64,000 bases of DNA from contig OZ176053.1 in assembly GCA_964247055.1 (NCBI GenBank), positions 5,146,001-5,210,000 of the forward strand, in the 5' to 3' direction. This document shows positions 28,301 to 41,263 of the stretch, piece by piece. The translations under genes were made by a program, and so were the position numbers. A model generated the notes under the pieces. That model was not told the origin of the DNA. It saw nothing but the letters and a program-made list of their open reading frames with translations, and searched no databases. Each line of letters starts with the position of its first letter. Positions within the stretch are counted from its first letter, which is position 1. This stretch comes from Paragordius varius. Lineage: Eukaryota > Animalia > Nematomorpha.

Positions 28301-31300
28301 ATTTTATGGTATAAAGCGTAAATGATTAATTTTAAATGGAATATATATCTATAATCAGCTAGTGTATGGATTGATCTGGGATTAAAAACGGAACCTATTT
28401 TTGCGAAACAATTTTGGAACGAAAAATTCCCAACGCGACCCCAAAAAATAATATCTTCAATTATATTCTATTTTTTTATAAAATGTAAGCCTTATTTTAT
28501 ATTTTATTTAAATTATGGTAATATCTTTGTTAGTTTGCAGAAAAATAGCAGCACACAACAAAGTTTTATAGTTTAAGATTTAAATTTTTATAATATTTAA
28601 CCATAAAAATAAAGGTTATATGTAAGTTTAAAATGTTTAAGAGGTGTCAAAAAACAATGGCGGAACCTTAAATAGTTTTGGCGACAGATTTTTTGCAATC
28701 AAAACCATTTGGGTGAACCGGAATTAAAGACAAAAAAATGGAATTAAGAATGATTCCGATCCTAATCTTTAATATTAACAATAAATTTTATATAATATTT
28801 CAACAAAATTAAAAATTTATTTTTATGTTAATATGCAGATAGCTTGCAATTTTGTTATGCCAACATTTTACACCATTTGCACCGACAAAACACCCGAAAT
28901 TGTGATAAAAATTATCCACCTCATATTCCCAAAAATATCCTTAGAGCATGGACAAATCACATACATAATAATGCCACATACAATGATGAATATACCTCTG
29001 TCTTCCATAATGGTATATATTGATTTTGGCTTTTTAAAACGCCAAATATGTAGAATTTTGTAAAATATAACTTTTTTTTCAATAAATAAAGTAAATAAAC
29101 ACCTATGGGTGTCCGAAACACGTCCGGTTTTCAATAACAGTGGATACACCTCCTTCCATATATTCTTAAATGATAAAAAAATATATGCGATATCAACCAC
29201 ATGACCTTTTATTAATAATACATGAAAACTATTAAATTAACAATCATTAATATTATTTTAAATATGTTGGAAAAAATGATAAAATTATTTAAATTTTTTA
29301 TTATTTTTCTCTCATCTGGATTCCATAATCTTGAACCATTTTTTAGTTTTGGAAGATTTTTTAATTTAAAGCAATTATATCTTAAAAATTAGTAGATCTC
29401 CTTCAAAATTGAAAGTGTATGATCTTTATTTTATGAAGTTGTTTACATTAAAAAGCTTATCATGGGGGTGGGGGAGGGTAGTTATTATGGGTGTGTCTGT
29501 TATGCATGTTTTTATAAAATTTCATATTTTTTATACTGTGCAGAACCATTTGTTGTTGAAATTCCCGTGCTAAATACTGCCAAAATACCATTAGTATTAA
29601 CTGGAATAGAACTTGTTGGTTTTTATACAAAGAAAGAATCAACATTTACCGCCATAAATGACCATATATTGAGTTTTATATCTAATAATCATCAAAATAT
29701 ATCATCATCCAAACATCATTTAAGTACATCCACATCGAAAACAACACCTAAAGATGGATATGAATCGAAGCTAAATACATCGTTATGGGCTCATATACCA
29801 AACCGTATAGGGTTTGATACAGAAAATTCAGGTTAAATATTGTAAATTAAGAAATATATGTAATCTTTTTAATCAATATGTAATTGGTTATATATAATTT
29901 TTGGCTATAAAAGATATTCCGAGATAACTCTAAACATATATATAAATGAGTTATAAATTAAGCTAATTTACAATAAAACATATTTGTTGTAAAACTTTAT
30001 TGTATAATAAAAAATTACAATATAGGTTGAGATATATTTTGATCAATTGGGTCATACATTAATAGGCAAACTTTTTATATGGAATTTATTTGCAATACAA
30101 TCATTATTCTTAGTTAAGTTTTTGTTTTTTTATTTGTTTTATTTTAATGAATCCATATGATAATTTTACGTAACATCGTTTAATATATATGCATCTTTAT
30201 ATATAATTGATTAATATGGGTAGAAAAACTTAATTAACATTCAAAAATGAATATATTTTCGCATTCTTTATTCTTTTATTTTAAATGTGTTTTAATATAA
30301 TTTTTTTACACAGAGAGCTTCCTTAGTCCTGATAATCATAATGTGTACACTAGTATTGAAAGAGAACAATTGTTTAAGGAGCACCATTTCTACAATGAAT
30401 ACATGTCACCTTTTAAGAGTATTTACGATTTTTATGAAAATACAAATGAACCTAGTCAAAAGATGCATTTTCACAAGATTTTATCAGAATATTCAGACTG
30501 CAAAATACTTGGAGTAATATATTTGTTTTTACATATATTTTAATGGTTGCGTATTTCACATTAGAGTTGCACAATTCGTAACATAGGAGAGTGTATGGAA
30601 AAAAAGAAAGGAAAAAATTGTATATTCAACATTTTGTTGTTTTCTCCATACACTACTGTGTTGCAAATTGTTCAACTATAATTTGAAATAAGCAACCATT
30701 AAAATGCAGAAGACTTTATTACAAAAATTTTAAATTTGAGATATTGTTTTTTTGTGATTGTTCGCTTTAGGAGGCTATTGAATTGGATTTAACCAATACC
30801 GATTTGTGTATACCACCCCAGCAAGTTTCACTAGTAAAAAATTTAACTTGTTTCTTTGTTTTGTATTTTATTTATAATCATTTTTTATAATACTACACTA
30901 CCATCATAATATTATAATGTTTTTGTGATTAATTAGTTTATGACTATAAAGTTTCTTTATTATGGTACTTATTTAATAAATTTTAATCGGCAAAGTTAAC
31001 CCTTCAGGCGGATAATTAAAATATGCCTGGTAAAAAATCAAATTATGCTACTAAATCTTTTTAATCACCAAATTTATTTGTAACCGATTATGTCTAAGAT
31101 ATATTTTAAATATTATAACTATTTGAAATAATATTCAAATACATAAATTTTTTTTCAAAATGTGTTGTTATTTCCAACAGTATTTTGTTTTTCATTATAT
31201 GTTTGAAGAAAGTTAATTAAATATTTGTTAAATAGCTAATTAATAAATATATACCATTTCTTTTTTCCATATCCATTAAAATATTGTTGGATGTTAATTA

Positions 31301-34300
31301 TTTCATTTTTACATACCTACACTAGATTAAGTTAAGCATTAAAGCAAATCAAGTCGGATGGTTTCGAATCGATGGTTTACGCTATGAAATTGTTTTCCCG
31401 TTCACCAATTCATCTGCAACGGCTCATTTAGATACTCCCATCACTCATCTCAACAGTGGACAAATTATGCCAATGCCGGCCAATAGTTCATTAAATTCTT
31501 TAGGTATTCTAAAAATATGTTTTTTTAAATATGTCAACCCATATTTTCTAAACCTTATTTTATAAATATAAATGATCGTTTTTATTGAAAATATAAGAGA
31601 GTTGTAAATTGAAATATGTCTTTTTTAATAAGCCAACCATATTTTCTAAACCTTATTTTTTAAATATAAATAAATGATCGTTTTTGTTTGAAAAAATTAA
31701 GAATACAGTTGTAAATTGGTAATGTATATATTATATAATATTTCAAGGGTAAAAAAGTGTAGCTGTCTTTTTGAAAATATTTGTCTTTCATATTTTTGAT
31801 GTATACATATCAATAACAATAGGCCCCCCTGCCCCCATTTTGAAATTTTATTATTAAAACAACACTTTTCATAATTATTATCTTGCACTTTCCCGATTTT
31901 AAATAGTTACTTTTTGGGAGGCATTAAAAATTTTGTACGTTTTTCACATAACTTAAGGATGAGACATGACGATAGGTTAAAAACATTTGCCCTTTTTAAT
32001 ATTTGTGTAATTATATTTTTTCAAATTAACGATTTTTTAGTTAAAATGGTCCACTATGATAATAAAAAGCTATGTAGTATTCCCACCTAATTTAAGTTAT
32101 CGAGAGGGGATGTACATAATATGCATATGGTATAAATAAATATTTTTATAGCAAAATTTTTAATATAATTTTTATTTAGTGTCTTTTTCTCAGCCATTTT
32201 GGTGTCAAGGACACAGATTAAACCATAGCAACCAGCAGAAAAAATGCATGACATATTCGTTGGATAAAAGATTGCAATTTTGTGTTAAACCATCTTTGCC
32301 CCTTATAACAGTAATATATTTTTACTTATACGTACGGTTTAACACTTAGATTGACAATAATTTTTAAGAAAATCTTGTTATTTTAAATCATATTTTCCTA
32401 TTAAACTTTAGACAGTCATGTATCCTTTATTTTATCATAAGTTTATTTTCTTTCGTTAACTGGGTACACATATTTATTAAAGAATGGAAAAAACAAGAGC
32501 TCTATGGTATTAACAGTATCATATTCATCAAAAAAGTATAAGAATTACCATATCTTGTTTTTTATTCCATTATTTACCAAATATTTATACCCATTTAACG
32601 AAAAAAAAAATAAATTTTTGATAAAATAAAGGATACATGACTGTATAATAAATTAGGCACCTATCTTTTTGTTTATAAATTTTGTATTGTATATATGATA
32701 TTAACAATTTCCAATTTACAAATTTTTATATGTAATAAATGATCTCTTTGAAAAATGCAGGCTAAAATAAACCCCATACCATTTGTCATGTATGATGGAC
32801 AATTCCTTCCCAAACTTGATAGTAGCCTTGCTATACAAGCCCTTCAATCAATTCTACCATTTAGTGGCGTAGGAACACAAGACACTCAAACACCTTTGTA
32901 TAATATGATGATTGTATCAAACAATACTCATGCACACATTATTAATCACAACAATATATTATACTCTAGTGATAATAATTTTGATATGTTATACCATATC
33001 CCTATCCCGCCTGAGGAAATTAACACGGCGACGACTAGCATTAATAATACGACCACTACCAAAGTTGTTTCTACGATTTCTCCTTTAAACATTGGTACTG
33101 CTGTAACTAAAAATGTTGGCACAAATCTATTCCAAAAATGGTTACCTTTAGGTTTGCACAATGATAAAAGGTGTCGTACCACTTATTCAAAACATACGGA
33201 CAACATTGCTAATGATGCAAACATAAACACTGAAAAACGAAGTAAAATTCTCCGATTGGTGTAATATTTGTGTAGATAAATTCGATTTATTTGATGATAA
33301 AACAATAAACGGTAAAAAATTGTTTTTATTTACATGTTGTGGTTAAAATTTTTATTTAAATATTAATTTGGATTTCTATCATACTATTTCTTGGTTATTT
33401 TCCAATTATAGTTTTTTGGATTTTTATAACTTGTTATTTGGCTATCTCACATATTTTTTTTTGTTTAGATATGGATGTGATATCACATTCAGAACAAAAT
33501 CTTATGTGCAATATAACCATTTTTATTTATTCCTACACTGATAACATGAATGAATTATGTGACGAAAATGGTGAAACAAAAGACATTCTACCTATAAAGT
33601 ATCAATTAATACATATATTTGTATGAAAGATAAAACTATCGTAATTATGTTCTTATCGTCAAACTCCGACATTCTTTAAAAAAAATTAATATTATTCCAT
33701 AATAGTTTTAGAGCTTACACCTTACCGATTCGAGTCGAATCTCACCCATCTCTTAAATTAAGTACACGCATTTTGCTTAAAACATTAAAGCTGCATGACC
33801 CTATACCATCACAAATCACTGAAGCATCCGATAATATAGCAGCACAAATGGCATTTGACTTATTGATCGATTTAACGAATCTCACCAAAGTTTATCATGG
33901 ATTTGATTTTACTGATATATTTATTTTTAAAAGAATATGCTTTTTCTTTTTAAAGTTTTTAAAATTGATGATTATATAACGATATATAATGCTTTTGCCA
34001 AAATTTTAAACTGAAAATAATAAATTTACGTACATGCATTGAAATTAATTTTTCATAGGATACGGATGATAAAATTATGGTGATTCAAATCCATAAAATG
34101 GTACTTGTTAGTAGAACTCACACATTCAGTAGCACACAAAAACACTTGGGCCATTCAGGTTATCTTATGTAATAGAAATTATTGTTAAATATATATATCC
34201 ATCCAAAATAATTAAAAAAAGATAAATCTTATATGTAAGTTTAAATTTTCTACAGATTAATCATAGCTATAACGGGTTACCATTTATGTGGAAATTTTTA

Positions 34301-36714
34301 AATAAGTGGCGGAATACTATATTTATTTTACATTTAAATATTAAAAATTTGATTTAATATGTAGGAATCATAGAAATAAAGACCAATGAATCTTTACGCT
34401 TAATGTTGCATTCTCAAAATATTCCTTCTAAATCTTCAGAAAATGGTCCCATTGGTAATAACAATTTTTATAGATAGGCCTTTTTCACGAAAAATGACAT
34501 TTTTTTATTTTTTAACTTAACTAAATAGAATTATATTAATAATAAAATTTATCTTTTTTCTGGACAAAATAATTTTTAAATATATTTTAATTCGACTCTT
34601 TTTGGTGCTTTTTGGCACTTTTATGCCGACCAATATTTTGAATGAGTTTTAAAGTAAAAATTATTTTTGCATTTTTTTTCCATTCGCCGTGTAATCACAA
34701 ATTTATTTTTTTTCAAATAATAAATTACTCATAACTTAGTATCCGACATACTATGTTTTGGCTCATCATCAAATTACACACCTTTTAATCATTGCGCTCC
34801 CAGTGATAATTTTAATCAATCAGATGGCAAAGAATCAAAAATATATGAACCACTGTACAATATTATGCAAAAAGATTGGAGAAAACTTTCTGTTATAGAT
34901 AATGCATCCAAGCAACGTACCTCACTATATGCTTTCTGGACGGTAAGAATTAATTTGTTAGGAGGCATCTAAATGCAAAAAAGTGTCTTTTTTTACATTA
35001 TAATATTTTTTTTTATTTGCCTCAGAGTTTGATCATTGATGAAAAGGGGAACCGTGAAAACATACAGGGTATTCATACTATATCAAACATTCATGAAACG
35101 AATAGTTTGGAAAATGATAAAAGCCGGACAAAAGAAATGAATAATAATTATCAACATCTTGCCAGCGTTTTAATTTATAAACTTGAATATAAACCTATTG
35201 TTAATCAGGGCTGGGAAATGGTAAATCAAAAAAAGCGTATAATACCCATACAATTACACCTAACAAACATCGACCAAAATGATAATTTGCCCTTGTTAAT
35301 AACTGTAAAAACCAAAAATCACACAGGTATAGCAATAATATATAATTACTAGGTTTTATCCTTTTCTCAGTTTAAAGACATTTTCCCAGTCAATACAAAC
35401 ATGAGCTAATTTAAATGAAATGACTTAATTATAATACTAGACAACAAATTTTGACTTTTTTAAGTGCCATTTTTGTGAATTTAAAATTTATTTCATTTAA
35501 GAACAAAAATAGTATATCTAAAAAAGTTTAACACCTAAGAATTTTTTAATCAAGGTTTATCGAAAATTTTTGCCAATTTAACATTAAACTCGAAATTCAA
35601 AATTAAAAGTTAGGTATAGAGCCATGTATTTTATATCATTCGAATGAGTGCAAAAAACTGTATCTTTCGAATGGTAGTTGTTAAATGAATCTGATGTAAA
35701 AGTTATTTGGGTTCATATGGTCAAAATTTTTAACCCTGAAAAAAAACATTTTCACAGACAAACTAATTTAAAAATCATATAAATTATTTTATTATAATTA
35801 TTAGCGTTTACACTAGTATAAAATTTAAAAAAAACCTTTAAAAAGGTTTTGGTTTGCTTTTTTAATTCAAATTTTATATTTTACCTACTGGATGCTAAAA
35901 TGCATAGTTATAACTGTACATTTATTACATAATGGCTATAAAAGATTAAGAATACCTTAACATGAGCTATTTTCATTCATTAGTTTTAAAAATATATTAA
36001 TTTAAAAAACGCGCTCTCTTCGCGGGTTTGTCGCTTCCTATGTTTAATATTAACTATCGATATATAACATATTAGTATGCATTTTATAAAGTTTTCATTA
36101 CTCTTTCGAATGATATGGGCATCTGTTGTAAATTTTCAAATAAAAACATTTTTTAGTACAAAATTCTTAGGTTTAATTATTTTAGATTCAGAAAACGCTA
36201 AAAACTCGAGCGGCAGACAAATTTGTTCTATAGTAATTAATATATTGTTCATAATGACTGGAAAACCGTTTTGATTGACTGGAATATAGTTTTTATTGAT
36301 TAATAAAATTTAGTTGATTTTTTTATCCAATATTATACAGATTTCAATTATGCCTGGGTCGAAAAAACAGAGTATAACCAATTATTTTTAAGTTCTGGTC
36401 AAACAAAGCTTATTAACTTGTATGTATTGCCCTTTACATCTGCTACACAAACTTTGAAAATAAAATCTTTACAGATCATAGTTAAACAATGTAACCCTAA
36501 TATTCAATTAACAAAGAATGCTGCATCTGAATATATAAATAATAGCAATAATTACACATATATTGGTACCATATACGTCGATAATTACCATGTGAACATT
36601 CATACAAATATCCAACCATTATTGGAAACCGAAAATGCTTACTCAAACGAAAATGAGTTACAAAATGACTCTGTCGCGGAATTAATTAATGCCAATCTTA
36701 TCCAAATTATTTAA
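19375..36714 (+). CDS. TRAPPC8: Trafficking protein particle complex subunit 8 (Trs85), about 1,990-2,000 aa, 33 exons
   Basis: Exons: 19375-19516, 19539-19727 (or -19751), 19775-19891, 20166-20294, 20626-20725, 21151-21241, 21338-21431, 21799-21857, 22177-22243, 22970-23091, 23519-23813, 24258-24339, 24744-24894, 25468-25568, 25657-25819, 26091-26428, 27067-27372, 27531-27894, 28131-28308, 28839-29012, 29544-29831, 30314-30513, 30771-30833, 31326-31503, 32180-32310, 32761-33241, 33469-33598, 33706-33889, 34059-34158, 34365-34454, 34740-34942, 35026-35326, 36341-36714; phases chain without stops. Motifs: APWFEQY..SDHEFLRHYLAC, SATKKWF, QLADLCFLFQ, KKDFQSDQAW, LTSEDSDLRSALFLEQ, IRKYAFYMVLAG, QGHRLN, YAWVEKTEY. 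Exact N-terminus and a few insert-region boundaries are uncertain. Confidence 0.93.
22637..22887. mobile_element. MITE family B (TA-flanked) in TRAPPC8 intron 9
   Basis: TA|CCATTTACA...TGTAAATGG|TA with GAACAATTCAAATTCA(T/C)CC subunits. Confidence 0.75.
31535..31725. repeat. Two-copy tandem duplication, unit about 98 bp, in TRAPPC8 intron 24
   Basis: CCATATTTTCTAAACCTTATTTT...AAATGATCGTTTTT...GTTGTAAATTG is repeated. Confidence 0.8.
32413..32643. mobile_element. Tc1/mariner-type MITE (231 bp) in TRAPPC8 intron 25
   Basis: Perfect 25-bp TIR CAGTCATGTATCCTTTATTTTATCA / TGATAAAATAAAGGATACATGACTG; right flank TA, left flank GA. Confidence 0.8.
35435..36235. mobile_element. CMC (CACTA/Chapaev-like) non-autonomous element, degenerate copy, in the last TRAPPC8 intron
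   Basis: Ends TACTAGACAACAAATTT / AAATTTGTTCTATAGTA; collinear with 38324-40024 but lacks the TTAA insertion. Confidence 0.7.
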
Positions 36715-37844
36715 ACAGTGTAAAAATAGGTTTAATAGTTAGGAAAAAATCATGGAAAAATGGGGTCTATATCTCTAATTATTTCATTTTATAAACAAAA
36801 TAAATTATTGTCACACTTTTATATAAGTTATTTTCATGTTGTTTTCTTTTTTATGATTATACCGAATCTTTTAAGGATAGGATGAATTGTTTTTATATAA
36901 AACCTACTTGTATTGACAGCTAAAATAAATCAAATTCTATATCAAACGCCGCTTTTTTAAAGGTAAACAAATTTAAACCCGTTCTCTTATGATAATTATT
37001 TAAATTAAGTACATACAATTTAACTTTGTAAAAAGTTGAATACTTTGAGATATCTTCGCATATTTTTGTACTTATTTTATAAAATCAATCAAGGGGCTTA
37101 TTTCTTTTTCATATAAACAATAAAAAATGGGCAGTTTAATTGTCCAACAAATATTGTATAGATTTTAAATCAGTGGGCTAAATTTCGGAGAGTTTGTTAG
37201 TTTCAAAGGCGGGCACTATGTATAAATTAATATCTTCCTAACAAACATGAGAAGATATGGCTTTTTATTTTACTTGGTATTAAGTGAGTTAAAGATCTAT
37301 AAATACCTAACCATATTCTTTTACTATTTTATCGGTTTTTAAATAAAAACCAGGGTTTGGTCTGGTGTTTAGCCTGAATCGTGCCATCAATTTGATGAAC
37401 CCGAAAAACTAGAATTTACTATTAGGGCCATTGTATGTGCACCACATGATATATTAAATATATTTTCTGTAAAAAATGTTATATATCTACCGTTTTCAAT
37501 GGTCAAAAATATTTTTGTTCATAATTAATTTTATATCCTTGTATTAAAGTTGTATTTTTTGGTGACAAATAATGTTTTTGGTGTGTAATCGGGATCCACT
37601 TACCGTGCTGTTACTGCTAATTTTAGAATCATTTTATTAAAATAATAAAATCGGTGTAAATTTCAAATATTACTAGTTTGGAGTTAACAACATTATACTT
37701 AAATTTTATTATGATCTTATTCAAGCTCTTACTTCTTACCACAGGTCTTATTAAAAATACCAAATTTCTGATTAACGAGACAGTCAAAGCTGTGTTCAAT
37801 TTTTATTCGTGCAAAAAATTTTTAGAAATTCAAACAATTAGTGA

Positions 37845-40800
37845 TTATTTCACATTTATTTTTTCTAATATAGATTTTTTCCACATGTTGTAATCAATAT
37901 ATTCAAAATTATCCACATTTTTTTCCATCGCACTTTTACTAAGATCTTCAGATTGTTTTGCATTAAAAGGATACACATCATAATATGGATTATAATTATA
38001 TATTATAGCATCATCAATTATCGATTCATTATTTTCTACACTATTATTTTCTTGATCCAATTCGTCAAACGCAATTTTTCTTTTAGCAGTTGAAGATTGT
38101 ATATTTTTAGGGGTGTTTCTTATATCTGGATCATGGTGCGCTTTGCCATTAAGTATGTTTTGGCAAATTGTTTCAAGGATTCGTGTAACTTTATTTCGAT
38201 CAAGCTTTTTTGATATTTTATCATTTCTTAAATCGTATTTTATGGTTTCCATGTTAATTGGTATTTCTAAAGATCTAAAAAAAGTGTAAAAAATTTGATT
38301 CAAATGAACCCAACTACCAATTACACTAGACAACAAATTTTAACTTTTTATAACTGCCATTCTTGGAAATTCAAAATTTATTTCATTAAAGTATATAATT
38401 AGTATATCTGAAAAGAAAATTGGTCTAGCATGGAAGAATTTTTTTATATTAGAGTTTATCGATAATTTTTGGCCCCGATTTAACATTAAACTCGAAATTT
38501 CGAAAATTAAAAGTATTAGATATGAAGCCATGTATTTTATATTATTCGAAAGAGCGCAAAAAACTACATCTTTTAAATGGTAGTAAGTCATTTAAATCAA
38601 TCGGATGTAAAAGCTATTTGGATTTAAATGGTCGAAAATAAATCCTTAAATAAGTCAAGAATTTTCACAGTCAAACTAATTTGAAAATCATATAAATTAT
38701 TTTAATATAATTATTAGGGTTATATTAGTATTTAACACTTGGATACAACACACTCATTTTGGTCCTTCGATTCAAATTGGGGTAGTTGGATACCCCAGGC
38801 CTGTTTAAAATCAAATACTTTAAAAAGTATGGAAGGAATCGAAACCATGGCAAAATTTTGCACTTATATAACATAAATAAACCTAAATGTATAAAAAAAT
38901 TTTATTCAAAAAACATTTGATATTAAATATTTTAAGCTAAAACCTAAAGGTAAAAATTTCGTCAACGTGACATGTGTCAAATAGTAAAATTAAAAAATAA
39001 TACAAAATAAACCGCTTTTTCTATTCCTATCAATGTTAGATGTAATTTATATTCAAATTTAGCTTTAGTTTTACCCTTAAAATTAAATGAAGACGATGTT
39101 TTGCAAAAATTTTGTAAAATAAAAATGGCGTCGAAGTAGTTTGAGATGAAATTTTTTTTAAAACAAAATTTTATCAAGATTGGCATATTTATATAATTTT
39201 TATCAGGATAGAAGCATAAATTTAAATTGGGACCGTTTCCTTCAGTAGTTTTTTAAAAATTCTAACTTAAATTTAGTCTGGGGTATTTAGATACCCCAAT
39301 TCGAATCGAAGTGTTAATTTAAAAAAATGTTTGAAAAAGCTTTTGGTTTGCTTTTTTAATAAAAATTATTATTATCATAAATATTTTACCTAGTGGTACT
39401 AAAATGCATAGTTATAACTGTAAATTTATTACATAATGGCTATAAAAGATCAAAAATACCCTAAACTTTGTTTTTATCATTAAAATTTCGAAATTATCAG
39501 CCTCGTAAAGAAAATAAATTAATATTGATGAGATGGTAATTTATAAAAAACAAAAAACATAAAAATGGCTGTTTTGAGTGACATAAAAGCAATAAAAAAT
39601 GTTTTAATCAAAAAACTTTCTTGTGTTATCTTTTTTTGACATTCATCACCAGCTAAACAAAGTTTAAGCTATTTTCATCCATTAGTTTTAAAAATATAAT
39701 AATTAAAAAAAATGCTCTCGCTTCGCGCGTTTGTCGCTCTTTGTGTCCAATATTAACTGTCGATATAATACATATTAGTATGCTTTTTATATAGTTTTTA
39801 TTACTCTTTCGAATGATATATTACAAATGGGCATTACTTGTATATTTTCAAAGAAAAATATTTTTTAGTTAAATTTTGATAAAGAGGGCGCATAATCAAA
39901 AAAATCAAATTATACAAAATTGTTTCATCGAGTTATAATTTTTATTTCAGATTTACTGTTAAAATGATACTAAATATCAGAAAATTCAAAAAACTCGAGT
40001 GGCAGAAAAATTTGTTGTCCAGTGTTATCATTTAATATATTTTTAATAAAATTAAAAAGAAAAATTACTTGGCGGCGACTACAATCGAAATGACTTTATA
40101 GATTAAAGGAACAGTTTCTAACGAATAAATATTATCATATTGTGCAAGAAATCTATAAACAAAAATATAAAATGTGTTTATTCATTTGTAAAATTAAAAA
40201 TTATACTAGCCATGGCCCCTTAACAACTTAGTTCCCTTACTTATAATAATATAAAATTTTGAAATGAGAAAATATGATCATTAAATGTGCGGAATATACC
40301 TTTACATTACAGATTCGCTCAAATTTAAACCAATAGAACATTTTTAAATCAAAACAATCTTAATAAATAGGTACCTCTGAGTTAAATTGACTAATAACTA
40401 AGATAAAATAATTTTTTGGCATAATCATTTTTTAAAACATAAAAATGTGTTTTTAAAATAACTGTATACTTATAGGCGCAAAAAATAAATGTATTTGTAA
40501 TTTATAAAATTCGATATCTTGGTATTATATATAACGAAACGCTAAAAAAGTTATTTACTTTTTCTGCTATTGGTAATAAAATTACAATTTTTTGCAAAAG
40601 TATTTTAAATATTTAACTTGTATAGTCATTTCTATATAGACAATAATAGGATAAAAAATAATAAATATACACATTTACGAGACTAATGAAATTCGATTTT
40701 TTAAATTTCTAAAGCCAAATTTTATAATTTAAATAAATAAATGGATTATTATAATTGTTAAAAATTAAAACTAAAAATTTTGATAACAAACCTGTTAAAA

Positions 40801-41222
40801 ATTTGTGAGGGCAAATCATAAGACCCACATTCATATTTAATGCATAAACTTTGTATTTCTTCATTTAAATGTGGCCTGTTCGTTTTACCAGATATGATCG
40901 AAAGAGCTAGTTTGAATTCGTTGTTAAATGCCCTTTTGCTAATCCCGCTTAACTTAAAAACGCTGTCCTATGGCAAATTAATAATTATAATGTTGTATTG
41001 ATCAATACAAAAAAATTACTTTATCAATTTTATAATTTTTCTTGCAAGCAACGACGCATATTGAAAGAAGTTCCAAAAATTTAGGTTGACATCCGTTAAT
41101 AAAATCGTTTTTGCATTTTATTAGCTTTTCATGTATATCAATTACACTCCTAAAATAATTTTTTTAATTAACTTATGATCTTGTTGAGGTAACTCTTTGA
41201 AAAGTTCTCCCAATTGTTCCAT
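37845..41222 (-). CDS. ORC6: Origin recognition complex subunit 6, 289 aa
   Basis: Exons complement(41173-41222, 41020-41149, 40792-40967, 40069-40152, 37845-38274) = 870 nt. Motifs DSVFKLSGISKRAF (cf. human AYLIKLSGLNKETY), IQSLCIKYEC, VISIVVAAK/SLEIPIN and C-terminal DYNMWKKSILEK (cf. DYEEWKRKILEN); intron positions parallel human ORC6 as recalled. Confidence 0.85.
38324..40024. mobile_element. CMC (CACTA/Chapaev3-like) non-autonomous element filling ORC6 intron 4
   Basis: TIRs CACTAGACAACAAATTT / AAATTTGTTGTCCAGTG; 3-bp TSD TTA (38321-38323 and 40025-40027). Confidence 0.85.
38736..39313 (+). mobile_element. piggyBac-like TTAA MITE (family C) nested in the CMC element
   Basis: TTAA|CACTTGGAT...ATCGAAGTG|TTAA; asymmetric subterminal inverted repeat TTCGATTCAAATTGGGGTA..ATACCCCAG. 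Confidence 0.88.
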
Positions 41223-41263
41223 TTACATTTAAATTTTAAATTAACGAGTGTTTGGTTTTCCAT
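41223..41263. promoter_or_regulatory. 41-bp spacer between the divergent ORC6 and BAP1 start codons (putative bidirectional promoter / overlapping 5' UTRs)
   Basis: ORC6 ATG at 41222 (-) and BAP1 ATG at 41264 (+). The ORC6 ATG is preceded by an in-frame stop. Confidence 0.7.

Noticed and set aside
28868-29200. 110-aa minus-strand ORF, and a slightly GC-richer intronic patch at about 29090-29210
   Set aside because: Largely antisense to a TRAPPC8 exon. Exons 29012 and 29544 join in phase without this patch, and no snoRNA boxes were recognised.
38340-39186. ORFs 38340-38591 and 38977-39186, and similar ones at 36077, 57923, 58366, 60011, 61569 and 62103
   Set aside because: Inside repeated TIR elements; no transposase motifs and stops differ among copies.
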